From assembly GCA_976226885.1 (NCBI GenBank), contig OZ320316.1, positions 75,020,001 to 75,084,000 on the forward strand: a stretch of 64,000 nt of DNA, read 5' to 3'. The translations under genes were made by a program, and so were the position numbers. Source of the stretch: Iphione sp. A-MEVVRFRX5. Its lineage: Eukaryota. Under the pieces are notes generated by a model. It saw only the letters and a program-made list of their open reading frames with translations. It did no database searches and had not been told where the DNA came from. Numbering within the stretch: the stretch's first letter is position 1; every line of letters starts with the position of its first letter. This document shows, one piece after another, positions 1 to 10,610 of this stretch.

Positions 1-376
1 AGACACCAAAGACTGACGTAAAAATATTAATACATGGAAATTCAGTCCAAAGGGCGGCTGAATACTTATCACTAATCACAGGGCCCGTGCAATCTATTTT
101 GGCCCTAGTGTGATTGTGTTCTCTCTTGTAATTATTTAAGATGATATGGGCGACTATTCAAACGTGACGGTGTCCTTACATTGATTTTGCAAACGATAGA
201 ACCCGGCTCAGAATCACAAGCTCTTATCGACCACCTAAAGAAAATATTTACAAATGTTGCATATGCATGAAGTGCATTTATAAAGGTGGGGGTGATCAGT
301 GTTTGAAGGTAAATAAAACCTCGGCAGCGTAACTGCTTTTGTAAGAATTGTATTGAACTTCGCAACAATAACACTC

Positions 377-397
377 CAGGGGATGGTTTCAGAATGC
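377..397 (+). repeat. Left TSD (CAG) and left terminal inverted repeat
   Basis: CAG at 377-379 followed by GGGATGGTTTCAGAATGC. The core pairs with the right end. Confidence 0.8.
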
Positions 398-618
398 GCA
401 AAAATAATGGGATTAGCACCTTTAACCCCGGAAATTGAGTTAACCCCGAAATGGATGTTTCAGAATGTTCAAATGTAGTTTGTATTAAAATTTAACCCCC
501 TACTCATGACTTGATACCAGTGCGTTGTTTCAGCATGACGTTTAACCCCTGAAAATATAATCTTACTATTTGAGTAGGATTAGTTTGTTTTGAAACTGTC
601 TGGCACGAATGACCTCGA

Positions 619-2806
619 ATGAAAATGGCTGCTGTTCGTTACCGTGCAAGACGAATAATGCGTCGCTTTGTTTATTATGACTGGTACCCACGACGTTTGA
701 CGGATCCGCATAATCCACTTGAAATTTTGAGTGAAGATGAAGTGAGAGAACGGTATCGTTTTTATCCTGACACGTTATATATACTTGCAAGGATCGTTTG
801 TCAGCCCTTGACACAGGACCGTCGGAGAGGGAGTCCATTTCCCCCTCTCATTCAAGTTCTCATCTTTGTACGCTATCTCGCCACAGGTAAGACCTTTAGT
901 TAATGTCCTGTAAAATGTATTCCCATGTGTAAAATGTATTCCCATGTGTAGACTACAACCGCTACAAGTATGAATTTTTTTTAATTTTTTTTTTTAAAGG
1001 TGTTCGTGTTCATTCATGCCCCCAAATTTGTTGAAAGGCTGTGTTCGTGCACATTCGTGTATAAAGAAAAAATTGACGGGCTCTGTTCGTGCTCATTCGT
1101 GTCTAAAGAAAAAATTGACGGGCTGTGTTCGTGGTCATTCATGTGTTGTCTAGTGAAATGGGGATGTATATGTCTGTGTGAGTGTAAGTGGTAACTGAGT
1201 TCGTTGGTGTGCCTTGCCCTATGGTAACAGCTATAGAGTCCATGAAAATTGTGTAAGAGTTTCATGGCCGAAGTTAGGATTCCATGTATATTATGTCCTT
1301 TTCCTTTTCTAGGTACTGAGCAGCTGACAATAGCTGACATATTTCGTGTTAGCAAGGCATCTGTATGCAGGACTGTGCACAAAGTGGCATATGTGGTGTA
1401 CAGTTTGATGTTCGAGGAGAGTATTTGCCTGCCAACAGCTGAAGAACGGCCGCGTATCATGGCAGGATTTCAGGCCATCGCTGGTATGCCACACATCATT
1501 GGGGCTGTGGATGGTACCCACGTGAGGATCATGCGTCCTCGCATGATCCCGGCACAGTTCGTGAACCGGCATCACCAGTATTCAATCAATGTACAGGTAT
1601 GAACTGTTACTAAATGCATAAATCAAGAACCCTTAATTACAGTAGGGTACATGAGTTATTGTACCATTAAAATTGAGTGGAAAAGGAAATACTCGTCGTT
1701 ACTCAAGTGTATGCTGACAAAGACAAAACAATGTGAAGACAATGTAGGGTGTAGTTAGAAATATTTTTATTGCCATCATCATGTCCAAACAGCAAGTCTT
1801 CAATAGAAAAACATCAATTTGGGCAGTAAAAACTGTAACTTTTTCCTTAAAAGTCTGTCCAGCTAGGACAAATCTACTTGCAAATCACTAGAATAGGCAC
1901 TGTGGCCTTGTACCCTAGAATACACTTGTTACTTTCCCTTTCATATGACTGTAGATGGTGTGCGACCATGAACAACGTGTGCGAAATATTGTAGCGGGAT
2001 GGCCTGGCTCCACACATGATTCTCGCATCTACAAAAACAGTGTTGTCTGCACGCGTTACCTACCTAACTGTTAGTACCCGACTAAATGTTATGTTATTAA
2101 AGTTCTACCATAATTTACTAGTACGATACAGTCTATGATTTCACCTCCAAAATTACCCAAATTCGAAGTACAGAATAAATTATCTGGGTGCCAAAATGAG
2201 TACATCTATATGTATTACAGGTAGTAAAATGTCTATCTGCTGTGCATTATGCTTCGACACATCTTAAAAATACTGTAGAGAGACTGGAATGTTCTTGCTC
2301 GGCTGATATCGAACATGGCTCATTATACATGTTGTTGATAATAATGTGAACAGTTGAAAACATTCTTGAACCGATGCAGTATATACAAACTGTTGTGTTC
2401 CATTGCAGTGCAAGGTCCTGGCCACATTCTAGGTGATTCAGGGTATGCCTGCACAGGACGGACACTGACCCCCTACCGAAATGCTGTAGGTGCTGCTCAG
2501 AATGCCTACCAAAATGCGCATACGACCACACGCACCATAATTGAGCACACCTTTGGTGTAATCAAAAGTCGGTTTGGTGCACTGGGAAAGCGGCTGCGAA
2601 CCTCGCCCGAGAGGAGTTCGTGCATCATCTCCTGTGCAGCAATACTTCACAACTTTGCACTGGACCATCGTGACGAGTTGATTGAGACAGTGCCACCCTA
2701 TGTCCCCCCTCCCGAGGAGCTTGAAGAGGCGGCACTGGAGGTCATTGAACAACCTGGGTCACAATATCGTGATCTGTATGCCCAGACCTACTTTGGCCGG
2801 CGCTGA
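619..2806 (+). CDS. PIF/Harbinger DDE transposase (HARBI1-like, DDE_Tnp_4 type), 4 exons, 354 aa, intact
   Basis: Exons 619-886, 1313-1596, 1955-2069 and 2409-2806, all GT-AG, join to 1065 nt in frame. Family motifs: RERYRF, QVLIFVRYLATG, IADIFRVSKASVCR (HTH), GAVDGTHV (D1), NRHHQYSINVQ, WPGSTHDSRI, LGDSGY (D2), TPYR, RTIIEHTFGVIKSRF (E), CAAILHNF. Confidence 0.93.
909..950 (+). repeat. 19-bp tandem duplication in transposase intron 1
   Basis: TGTAAAATGTATTCCCATG at 909-927 and 928-946, plus a partial TGTA. Confidence 0.85.
1003..1143 (+). repeat. ~42-bp tandem repeat (3-4 units) in transposase intron 1, each unit carrying a TTCGTG-N4-TTC(G/A)TG dyad
   Basis: Dyads start at 1003, 1044, 1086 and 1128. 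The spacer TAAAGAAAAAATTGACGGGCT recurs. Confidence 0.85.
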
Positions 2807-3083
2807 AGTGCACATGTTTGTTTGTTCAGGTACTCCGGGCCGAAGATCGACAAGTGTCCCTCCTGCGAGTGGGGTTGGGTGTTGGCCTCTACTGTGTTAA
2901 TGGGATATAGTTGAATTCTTGATTGGTAGAAGCTATAGAAAAGCATACTGGGTTGGTAAGGAGTTTAAAAAAAGCTAGAAGCTCATTTTAACTTCCTGAC
3001 CAACCCAGTGTTCTTGTCCATAGTTACTATCAGTCCTGAATTGAACTGCATCCCTTTAGCATGAGAGGCCAACACCCAACCTT

Positions 3084-6000
3084 CTATGGAAAACCCCACT
3101 CGAGTTGGGACACCCGTTGATGTTCTGCCTTGGAGTACCTGAAAGAAAAATGATAGAGGCACTAGCCTGCCTAGTACAGTTCCTGAGTGAGGCACTTGAA
3201 ATTATCGGTGCATGTACAACGAAAAGGGGCTTTGTGTGTACTTAGAAAATTCCTTGTAAATGTGGAAGGGTTCCTCTGGGTTGCTTGGTTGTCCATCCAT
3301 CGCTCTTGCCTGCGCTGCTGTACACTCAAGTTCGACTGTGCGTGCTGAGAGGTCCAACATGGCTTTTTGTTTATCCGCCAGGTCCATCTGTAAAGGGAAA
3401 ATGTTAAAAATATCAGCTACCCACTTTACATGCATGTTTGGATATACAAGGCAGTTCGTGGATGTTCGTGACATGGACCTATGTCAGAGGGGCACATGCA
3501 TAATTGACCGAATGCATATAGGCCCATCACTTGCTTCTGATTACCTCTCTGTTTAACCTAATCAAGCAGACATGAACCATTATTAACATGTGTCTGGACA
3601 GCATGTATGAGTAGACATCATGTTTAAGTAATTACTGATCTTGACACATACATTCTTGGATTGTCTACCCAGTATGCCTGCTCGCTGTCATGCTTGTATC
3701 TGTATATGTGTGGTTATGTATGTATGTACCTGTTTCTGCACCAACTGGCGTTGTTCCTTCCATAGTTCCTTTTCCTCTTTTACCGCAGCAAGTTTCTCAT
3801 TCAGGATCTTCACCTTCACCTTCCTCATTTCGGCCTCATCCTTCAAACACTTGTGTTGGGCTTTTGCATTGCCAACCTCCAACTTGAGCAGGGCATCCCT
3901 ATTCTTGTAAATACTCTGAGTGGGGGCTAAATCATAAGAAACAAAGCAAACAGATATTGAGATAAGGACATGAAAATAGTGCCATGACATTGGCGCTTTC
4001 CTAAATGCAGTTTGCTTCATGGTTCCTGGCCCAAACTAAATTGTTATTCTTACCTATGGCATGGATATGCAGGACCCTGTACTGAGCCTGACACTACAGT
4101 TTACAATTAGAGACTCAGCATGTACCCTTCCATTGCTGTTGGAGGTTTGACGATAACCTAGAAGTACTGCTTTATTACTGGTTGCTGTGCCCTGCTGGTT
4201 CCACCACTATATTAAATGTAATGTCTATTTACCCTTTCTGCCACGCCTACCACGTTGAGTGCTGGTGGCCTGTGTCACAAGTACCTCGGGATCTTCATCA
4301 TCTGACTCGGATTCATCCAGGTTGGCTACTGTAAAATAAAAAATAAACAAAGCTCTGTCAGTCAGCCACGGAAATTATATATCTGTCTCTTAGGTGACCC
4401 CCCCCCCTAGTATGGCTGTCACTTGACATTTCCGACATTGGCAAAATACAGAAGATGCTTTGCAATCAGGCTAGTTTTACACTAAGCTACCTTAAGAGCA
4501 GGTGAGGACCAAATACCTATCAAGAAATACTTTCATAAATGTCTCAGAGTACATGTATTCACTTGGAGTCAATCCTGTCCAAAAGCTAAGATACATTCCC
4601 ACTGGGCTGTACTTACCGAGTTCCTGTGTGCTAGGCAGATCAACAGGAGGGGTGGGTGGCAGTGAGTCAGATGACTCCACATCTTCTTCGGGTCTTGTGA
4701 TGGTTGCTGTTGGGGCACGTCTCTTCAGTTGGGTGTTTTTCTGGGATGCTGTGGTCCTCTGCTGTCGAGGCTTCTCTGCACGGCATGCTGACTCCTTCAA
4801 GTATGGTGGTCTGGGCACATCTGGAAAGAAGTTCCAATCAATGTTCATTTACAACATCTTCAGTATGGACTACATTAGTGTACAAGCATAAGCAGTGAAC
4901 CCCGTTACATACCAGTGCATTTTTCTAAGGTCACCAACCTTTCTTGGGGCTACTTTGTAGTAACAGAATGACATGAGCATAGTCAATGAGAAATAAATAC
5001 TAAAACAAATTAAAACATATACACATAAATATTGTTTCCCTCTACAAAGCACATAGTATCATTGTGCATGGTACAGATTTACTACTCACCACCAAAGCTG
5101 GAGCCGGCGCCAGGAAATCCCTCGCTGCACCCTGGTCTCATGTCCCTCATCAGCTGCACCTCAGCTTTCACTTTGGTTGTAACAGGACCCGCTCCTGTTT
5201 GAAGCTCTTGGTTTGTTACATCCCGCACTGGAGTAGACAGTACAATGTGGCGTTTGTGTAGAGTCACGCCGATCTTTGGGTTTTAGCCAACATGTCAAAG
5301 AATTGTGCCAAATCTTTGGCCCAAATAACAGTCTCGGTGTGGTCAAAGTGTCATTCATAGGGAAATATACCACAGTTACATTCAATTGCAGACCATAGAA
5401 CAGCATCATGTAGTTTATGTGAATGGTGGCCCCTGGGAAATCTCAAAATACAGTCTCTGATTACATGTCTTCGGGATTTGATGGGTATCAAACAGTGTGG
5501 GAAAGTAGTAGGTGGCCTGAGGACTAACAAGGTAGTACAGGTGCAGTGTCAGTTTGGTGTACTGAAATAACATCACGCATGAATCCCAGCCTGACTCCCA
5601 TTGGTAGCAAGCTAATCCTTTTCCACCGATTTCCAACTTTGTCTAGACACAAAAAGAACACTCTGGGCCCAGTCATATAGAACTCCTCCTCAATAGGTAC
5701 TGGGCGGCCCCTAGCTTGTTCGAGACGGTATCGAGCCACACTGTAGAGATGTCCCTGGCTAAGGTTGCAGGTATTAGCCTTCACTTGTGCGGCGTGCCAA
5801 CTTGAGAGCATTACCATGGGTCCAAGACGTAAGACAAAGGAATTATAGCAATCCTCCCATTCATGTAAGATATCATCAACAAATCCTTTGACTACAGGCC
5901 TAGCTAGCACAGTGACCCTGAAGTCCTCAAACTGTAGTTCGGGCACATCCCTTCCTGAAGTACGTGGAAGTAGATAGGTTGCACTTGTTCCATCATCTTC

Positions 6001-9000
6001 AAGAGATGCCTCCAGCATGTATGGGGAACAGCCACCCATAGAAGATGCCTCATCGTCTGCATCCATGTACGTGAAGCTGCGTGGACTACCATCAGGGAAG
6101 ATAGGACTGGCTAACCCAAAGTCAACTCGAATCGTGATATGGCCATCAACACTACCGGGAACATCTCCATGGTTGTGCCCTCGTCGTCGTTTCTTTGGGG
6201 GAGGTGAAAGTTCATGTATTGGTATCAGATCCCTGTATGCACGCTGCATTGCATCATTTGCCAGTACGTACATATTGTACATTGGCGACCCCAAAACACT
6301 ATCTGCGTTATCAGTACTTGTCTGGTGGTCTTCTACTCCCCCAACCTCTGTGCCACAGTCCTCCTTGGGCTGTGTGTCATCTGAAGGATGGTGTTCCTCC
6401 TCAGGTACTTCCATGTCATCACAGACATTAACCCGATTGAAATCATTTCCTAAGGCAGAGACTTCAACGTCATCTATTAATATTGTGTTGTCTGTTCCAC
6501 TCTCCTCTCTCTGTTGATCTATGTCCTCCTGGTGCACACTGTCACTACCACCATGCAAAATGTGTGCATCACTGACATACTGGCCAGGGGTCCCAGAGCC
6601 AACAGGCCCAGGAAGACATGAACTGCCATCGCCTGCTTGCAAGTCAATGCTGTCTTGCCTTCCATCACCATCCGCGAGCAGTGGACAGCCACTAACATCA
6701 CCATCAACAACAATCGATCCATGCTCCTCTATCACCATGTCATCAACAATGTCAGTGCTGACAACGGGCCCACAATTATCATGTCGAGGAAGGGTACTTC
6801 TGTCTGACTCGTGTATGTCCATCTTCTCAACACTAGTATTAGGAAGGGCAGCATCTTCTTCGGACATATCAGGCAGATGGCTGCGGTTACTGGGCATACA
6901 AGGCACACCACCACAGGAACTGAGAGTCTCGGTCTTCGGCTGCTGTTTACTTCTTGCAACATCCATTGATGACCCACTGGTCTGCACAGACGTAGTCGCA
7001 CCCTGTCTTGCGTGACATGAGGAAGTACACAGGCCACTCCGTGTGTAAATCACTATAGGCCGCACCTTTTGACAGACTAGACAGCGACATTTACATGTGC
7101 ACCGGGCTGCACGCTCAAGCCGCTGACGTCGCCGACACTCTCTCATGCGGGCTGCTTCCTTACAGTTGTAGTCAGGTTCATTTAATTTGCGCTGAACGCG
7201 GTAATTCCGCATGTATTCAGCTTTTTTCGCCCTGCGCAACTGCTCCGGGTCCTCTCTCAAAGCTGAAGGGACCACAAATTCAAAGGTGCATATCAATAGT
7301 AATTAATACAGGCCACGAACGTACACGAACATGTTTACGCTTGGATCGAACAGAGCGATAATAGGGGAAGTTGTCGAGTACAAGTAAACAGCGGTATGGA
7401 ATTACATAAAACTACGTACACAAAGAGAAATATATATATTTCCTAACATTATGGTGTCTTCTTAGACATACTAACCAGCCTCAGCCATCTGCGAAGAACA
7501 GTGACAACTCTTCAGTCCACGCTGAACGCAGCTTTCGGCCCTAAGGCGCTGGCCGAGAGCTTATACCCGTAACGGGCAAGGTGGTACATAATACACATGC
7601 GCATTATTGGTAAAAATTACAAACAAAATTTTGGGACCTGTCAAGGACACACATTAAAAAAATGAGGCACACATTTCCTAGTTCTTCATACTTATGTCAT
7701 TCTTCTTTTTGGCAATATTTTCGACATGGACAGCAGAGTGCCTACCGTGGCTGATGATGTCATGTCCTACACACAACTCTGACTACGAACAGACCCGAGG
7801 GGATATACGAAATGCACAAGCATTCCTTACCGGGATTGCCTCACACAGTTACATATTAGTATGAGCATACTAAAACTAAATACATCCAAAAAATTGTGCA
7901 AGTACACTTGGGGAATACCGACAGGTATTTTACAATCAAGCAGCATGGCATGTCACCATAAGCAAGGCAAAATATTAACAGGCTATGCATCTGTTAACAT
8001 AACTTTAATATAACTACTCGGTGGGGCACCAACAAAAAAAAGCTATGAGGGCCACACAGCAATGCATAGTAATGTCATCCAAGGTCTAGGATGTAGGACA
8101 CGTCCTCGCTTTTTCCCAACAACCGCACAGACAAAACATATTAGCAAGCACTTCTCAACCATAAATACAGTTATCAGTTTCAAACTGAAACAAAAATGTT
8201 TTACAACCTACAGGCTATAATGTACTTTCCACAAAATAATTCTCAAATACAACCAAGGTCAAACATCCTCAGGACAGATGCAAACAACTGTAACTCTCAA
8301 ATTACATAGCCACGTATTGCCAACAGAACCTAATACTTTTTTAAACGTAACATAACCAATCGCAATTTTTGTCTCGGCTGAAAAAACAAGTACTTAGTGT
8401 TATCTAACTACACCAACAAAAACACAAGTCCCTCCTCACTGCAGTCACTTTCCAAAGCTCGCTTTACACAGACCCGCTGGGCATACTATCATCACCATTG
8501 CCAGACTCGTCAGCCAACAACCCTGTACTATCAGCTTCACCAGTCCCTCCAATCTCAGGAGACCGTTCAGTCACGTTCGTGCTGTCTGCTGCCTCTCTCA
8601 CTACCTCGGAGACCATCTGGGAAACATCATGCACGTCAGCAGGTGTCCCTGTTCCTCGGTCTGCTCCAGCACTCGAACCTAACAATGTATGAACCGAGGT
8701 TGTTTTTTTTCAGGATAAAGAAATGTTTGGATAAGGGGTTAGTCTTGTCTACAAGGACACTTCATTATGACCTCTGTAGCACTACTAAAGTCCAGTTAGC
8801 AAATTCTTGCTATTTTCACCAAGTCAATATTTTTATTTCTGTAAGTGGGATACATGGGTGCATGCAGGACCCATATGAGGCACAAGGACATTTTCTAAAA
8901 TTCACCATCTTCTAACAAGGAAGGAACACCATTACCTAGGTGTGATACTCACTACTTGGGGTGACACTGCTCTGCCAGAAGGCATACCACCTTGCACGGT

Positions 9001-10387
9001 TAGCTGCATTATGCTCTGCTATTATCTGCCGAGCTATGGCCTGATGGTCATTCGTAGTGTGGCCACATGTCAGCCTGACGTTCAGGGGAGTCATCGGCAC
9101 TCCATGGAAGAGGTCCACCTCTTCCAAACTGTATGAAGATATGTCTCCCATCCCCCGCCGCTCTCTCCAGGCAATCTCACCGATGATAGAGGGCCTTTCG
9201 GGCACCAATTCCCGCATCCTCTCAGCCTCAGCAGTGGCGGCTGGTCAAAAATAAAGGGCTGGGCTATTGGGTCTGTATGTTTTCAGGGAAACCAAAGCGC
9301 CTTCACACATTTTCACTCCTAATGACAATATTACAACTTTCTGGTGGAACACATATACAGACACAGTAAACACATCTCAACCTAAATATTGGGCCAATTT
9401 CACTGGAAGTGCCCCTAACAGGAGGCTGACAGCTCCTAACATGAGGCAGACACAACAGACCAAGGATAAGCCACACTTCACTCAAGTGTATCCTGAAAAT
9501 GGAAGCCTTATTTCATTTCATTAGTCATCACTTACATTTTTGCTTTATGTTCTTGATCTTCTGCCTAAATGCCTTCTCTTTACGTGGTTCGTCTGCCTCC
9601 CTATGTCATAAACAATTGAAAATTAACAAATCATGTATATTTCAGGTAATTACATGGGCCAACCATTGCTAAGTGATTACACTTATTTTCATTATGTTAA
9701 TTTTGCTAGACAATTTCCGACACAGATACAAACACTTCTTGGGTGGCTGAACTCCCTCTCCACCTATGACTTTACAATAAATGGGTTCTTAATATAATAT
9801 TGACCTTTACATTATTATGGTATTCTCAATATAAACATTATCTACACAGCAGGATTTGGGATATGTTCAAACAGGGTAGTAACACTCCCTCTCACCAATA
9901 CGAATGGGTACGAACAACAAACCACCTTTTAACATGCACACACGAATAAACACGAAGTCAATCATATGGACACGAATGAGCACGAATGCATTTCTCCCAT
10001 GCACACACGAATGAACGCAAAAAATTACCACTGCCACGTGTATACAAGGTGCTTTCCACAGTAGGCCCCACAAGTGATAACAGTGTCTACGGGCATAGTT
10101 CATTCAAGGGGTACAATGTGGGCAAAGTCATACACAATCACAAATTATTTTCATAGACATACTTACTCATTAAATTTGGCCAAGCAGCGCTGCCACAGAG
10201 CTTTTCGTTTGGCCTTTCCGCCAGGCTTGTCAAGTGGTGTCGCATCGTCGAGCTCGTTCTCATTGAAGATCCTAACAGCCAAAAGGGCATCATGTTCGGA
10301 CCAGTTCGAATCCCTCTGGCGCTTAGTGCCTTTCTGAGTGGGAGGCACAACATCTTCAGACACGAATGCAGCAGCGGAATCATCCAT
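3084..10387 (-). CDS. Harbinger Myb/SANT-like (trihelix) DNA-binding partner protein, ~373 aa, 8 predicted exons
   Basis: Exons 10387-10167, 9600-9536, 5227-5090, 4820-4617, 4328-4233, 3926-3730, 3387-3242 and 3138-3084 join in frame (1122 nt) with GT-AG sites. The N-terminus KRQRDSNWSEHDALLAVRIF...KALWQRCLAKFNE...AFRQKIKNIKQKLRDVTNQELQTGAGP matches the Myb/SANT-like domain ending in a TGGGP-type motif. An acidic S/D/E-rich middle and a C-terminal coiled coil follow. The last exon is the least certain (alternative stop at 3202). Confidence 0.82.
5524..7488 (-). CDS. ORF3: uncharacterised ~583-aa putative nuclear protein nested in intron 2 of the Myb-like gene
   Basis: Uninterrupted 590-codon ORF (5524-7296) with a polypyrimidine acceptor GTCCCTTCAG| at 7263/7262 (phase 1). 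A candidate 13-nt first coding exon ATGGCTGAGGCTG|GTTAGT at 7488-7476 gives MAEAALREDPEQLRR... in frame (1752 nt). It contains an NLS-like PPPKKRRR at 6204-6181. Function unknown; the 5' exon is tentative. Confidence 0.72.
8487..8678 (-). CDS. Additional phase-1/phase-1 low-complexity coding exon (192 nt) inside Myb-like intron 2
   Basis: Acceptor CATTGTTAG| at 8679/8678 and donor |GTATGC at 8486. Encodes S/G/D/E/T-rich SSAGADRGTGTPADVHDVSQMVSEVVREAADST...GNGDD in the same frame phase. Confidence 0.45.
8953..9240 (-). CDS. Additional phase-1/phase-1 coding exon (288 nt) inside Myb-like intron 2
   Basis: Acceptor TTTATTTTTGACCAG| at 9241/9240 and donor |GTGAGT at 8952. Open in the frame of Myb exon 2: (S)ATAEAERMRELVPERPSIIGEIAWRERRGMGDISSYSLEEVDLFHG...RARWYAFWQSSVTPS. 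Confidence 0.55.
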
Positions 10388-10414
10388 TTTCCAAAAAATC
10401 GACGGGAGCCCAAA

Positions 10415-10489
10415 CACGAATGATCACGAACAGGCAGCAGAATAAAAAGGCGCGGCAATGACGTCAGCCACGAACCAGCACGAACCAAT
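10415..10489 (-). promoter_or_regulatory. Probable promoter/5' region of the Myb-like gene (CRE palindrome, CCAAT, two CACGAA dyads)
   Basis: Lies 28-102 bp upstream of the ATG at 10387. TGACGTCA at 10459-10466, CCAAT at 10485-10489, CACGAA-N4-CACGAA at 10415-10430 and 10469-10484. Confidence 0.5.
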
Positions 10490-10610
10490 GAAATGTTCGG
10501 ACACATCCGTTCCCTAGCAACGGCTAATATCGGTTTTAAGGAATGCACTTAGCATTTTAATACGGGTATTTATTTAATCATGGTACGCTAAGTCCGATAT
10601 TAACTTTTAG

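Noticed and set aside
132-419. 95-aa minus-strand ORF at the window start
   Set aside because: It crosses the left TIR/TSD junction, starts at a non-ATG codon and has no recognisable motifs.
422-549. TTAACCCC boxes as a telomeric array or CRISPR-like repeat
   Set aside because: Four dispersed 8-mers with irregular spacing in a eukaryotic transposon end; not tandem, and no repeat-spacer structure or cas genes.
1000-1460. ORFs 1000-1194 (+) and 1014-1460 (-) with repeated peptides
   Set aside because: Their periodicity comes from the 42-bp intronic tandem repeat and antisense overlap with transposase exon 2.
5161-5636. Short minus-strand ORFs directly downstream of ORF3 (5415-5636, 5161-5409)
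   Set aside because: No convincing splice sites link them to ORF3; treated as 3' UTR or intron.
6017-7015. Plus-strand ORFs of 164-166 aa (6017-6517, 6521-7015)
   Set aside because: Antisense shadows of the long ORF3 frame, with Ser-rich composition typical of reverse-frame read-through.
5524-7296. Idea that ORF3 is a SET-domain methyltransferase (HarbingerS type) or a nested retroelement
   Set aside because: No SET motifs (e.g. NHSCxPN, ELxxDY), no RT, integrase or gag motifs, and no LTR, poly(A) tail or TSD seen around it.
8397-8915. 172-aa plus-strand ORF inside the element
   Set aside because: No splice or family support; it is antisense to the 8678-8487 exon and runs through AT-rich intron-like sequence.
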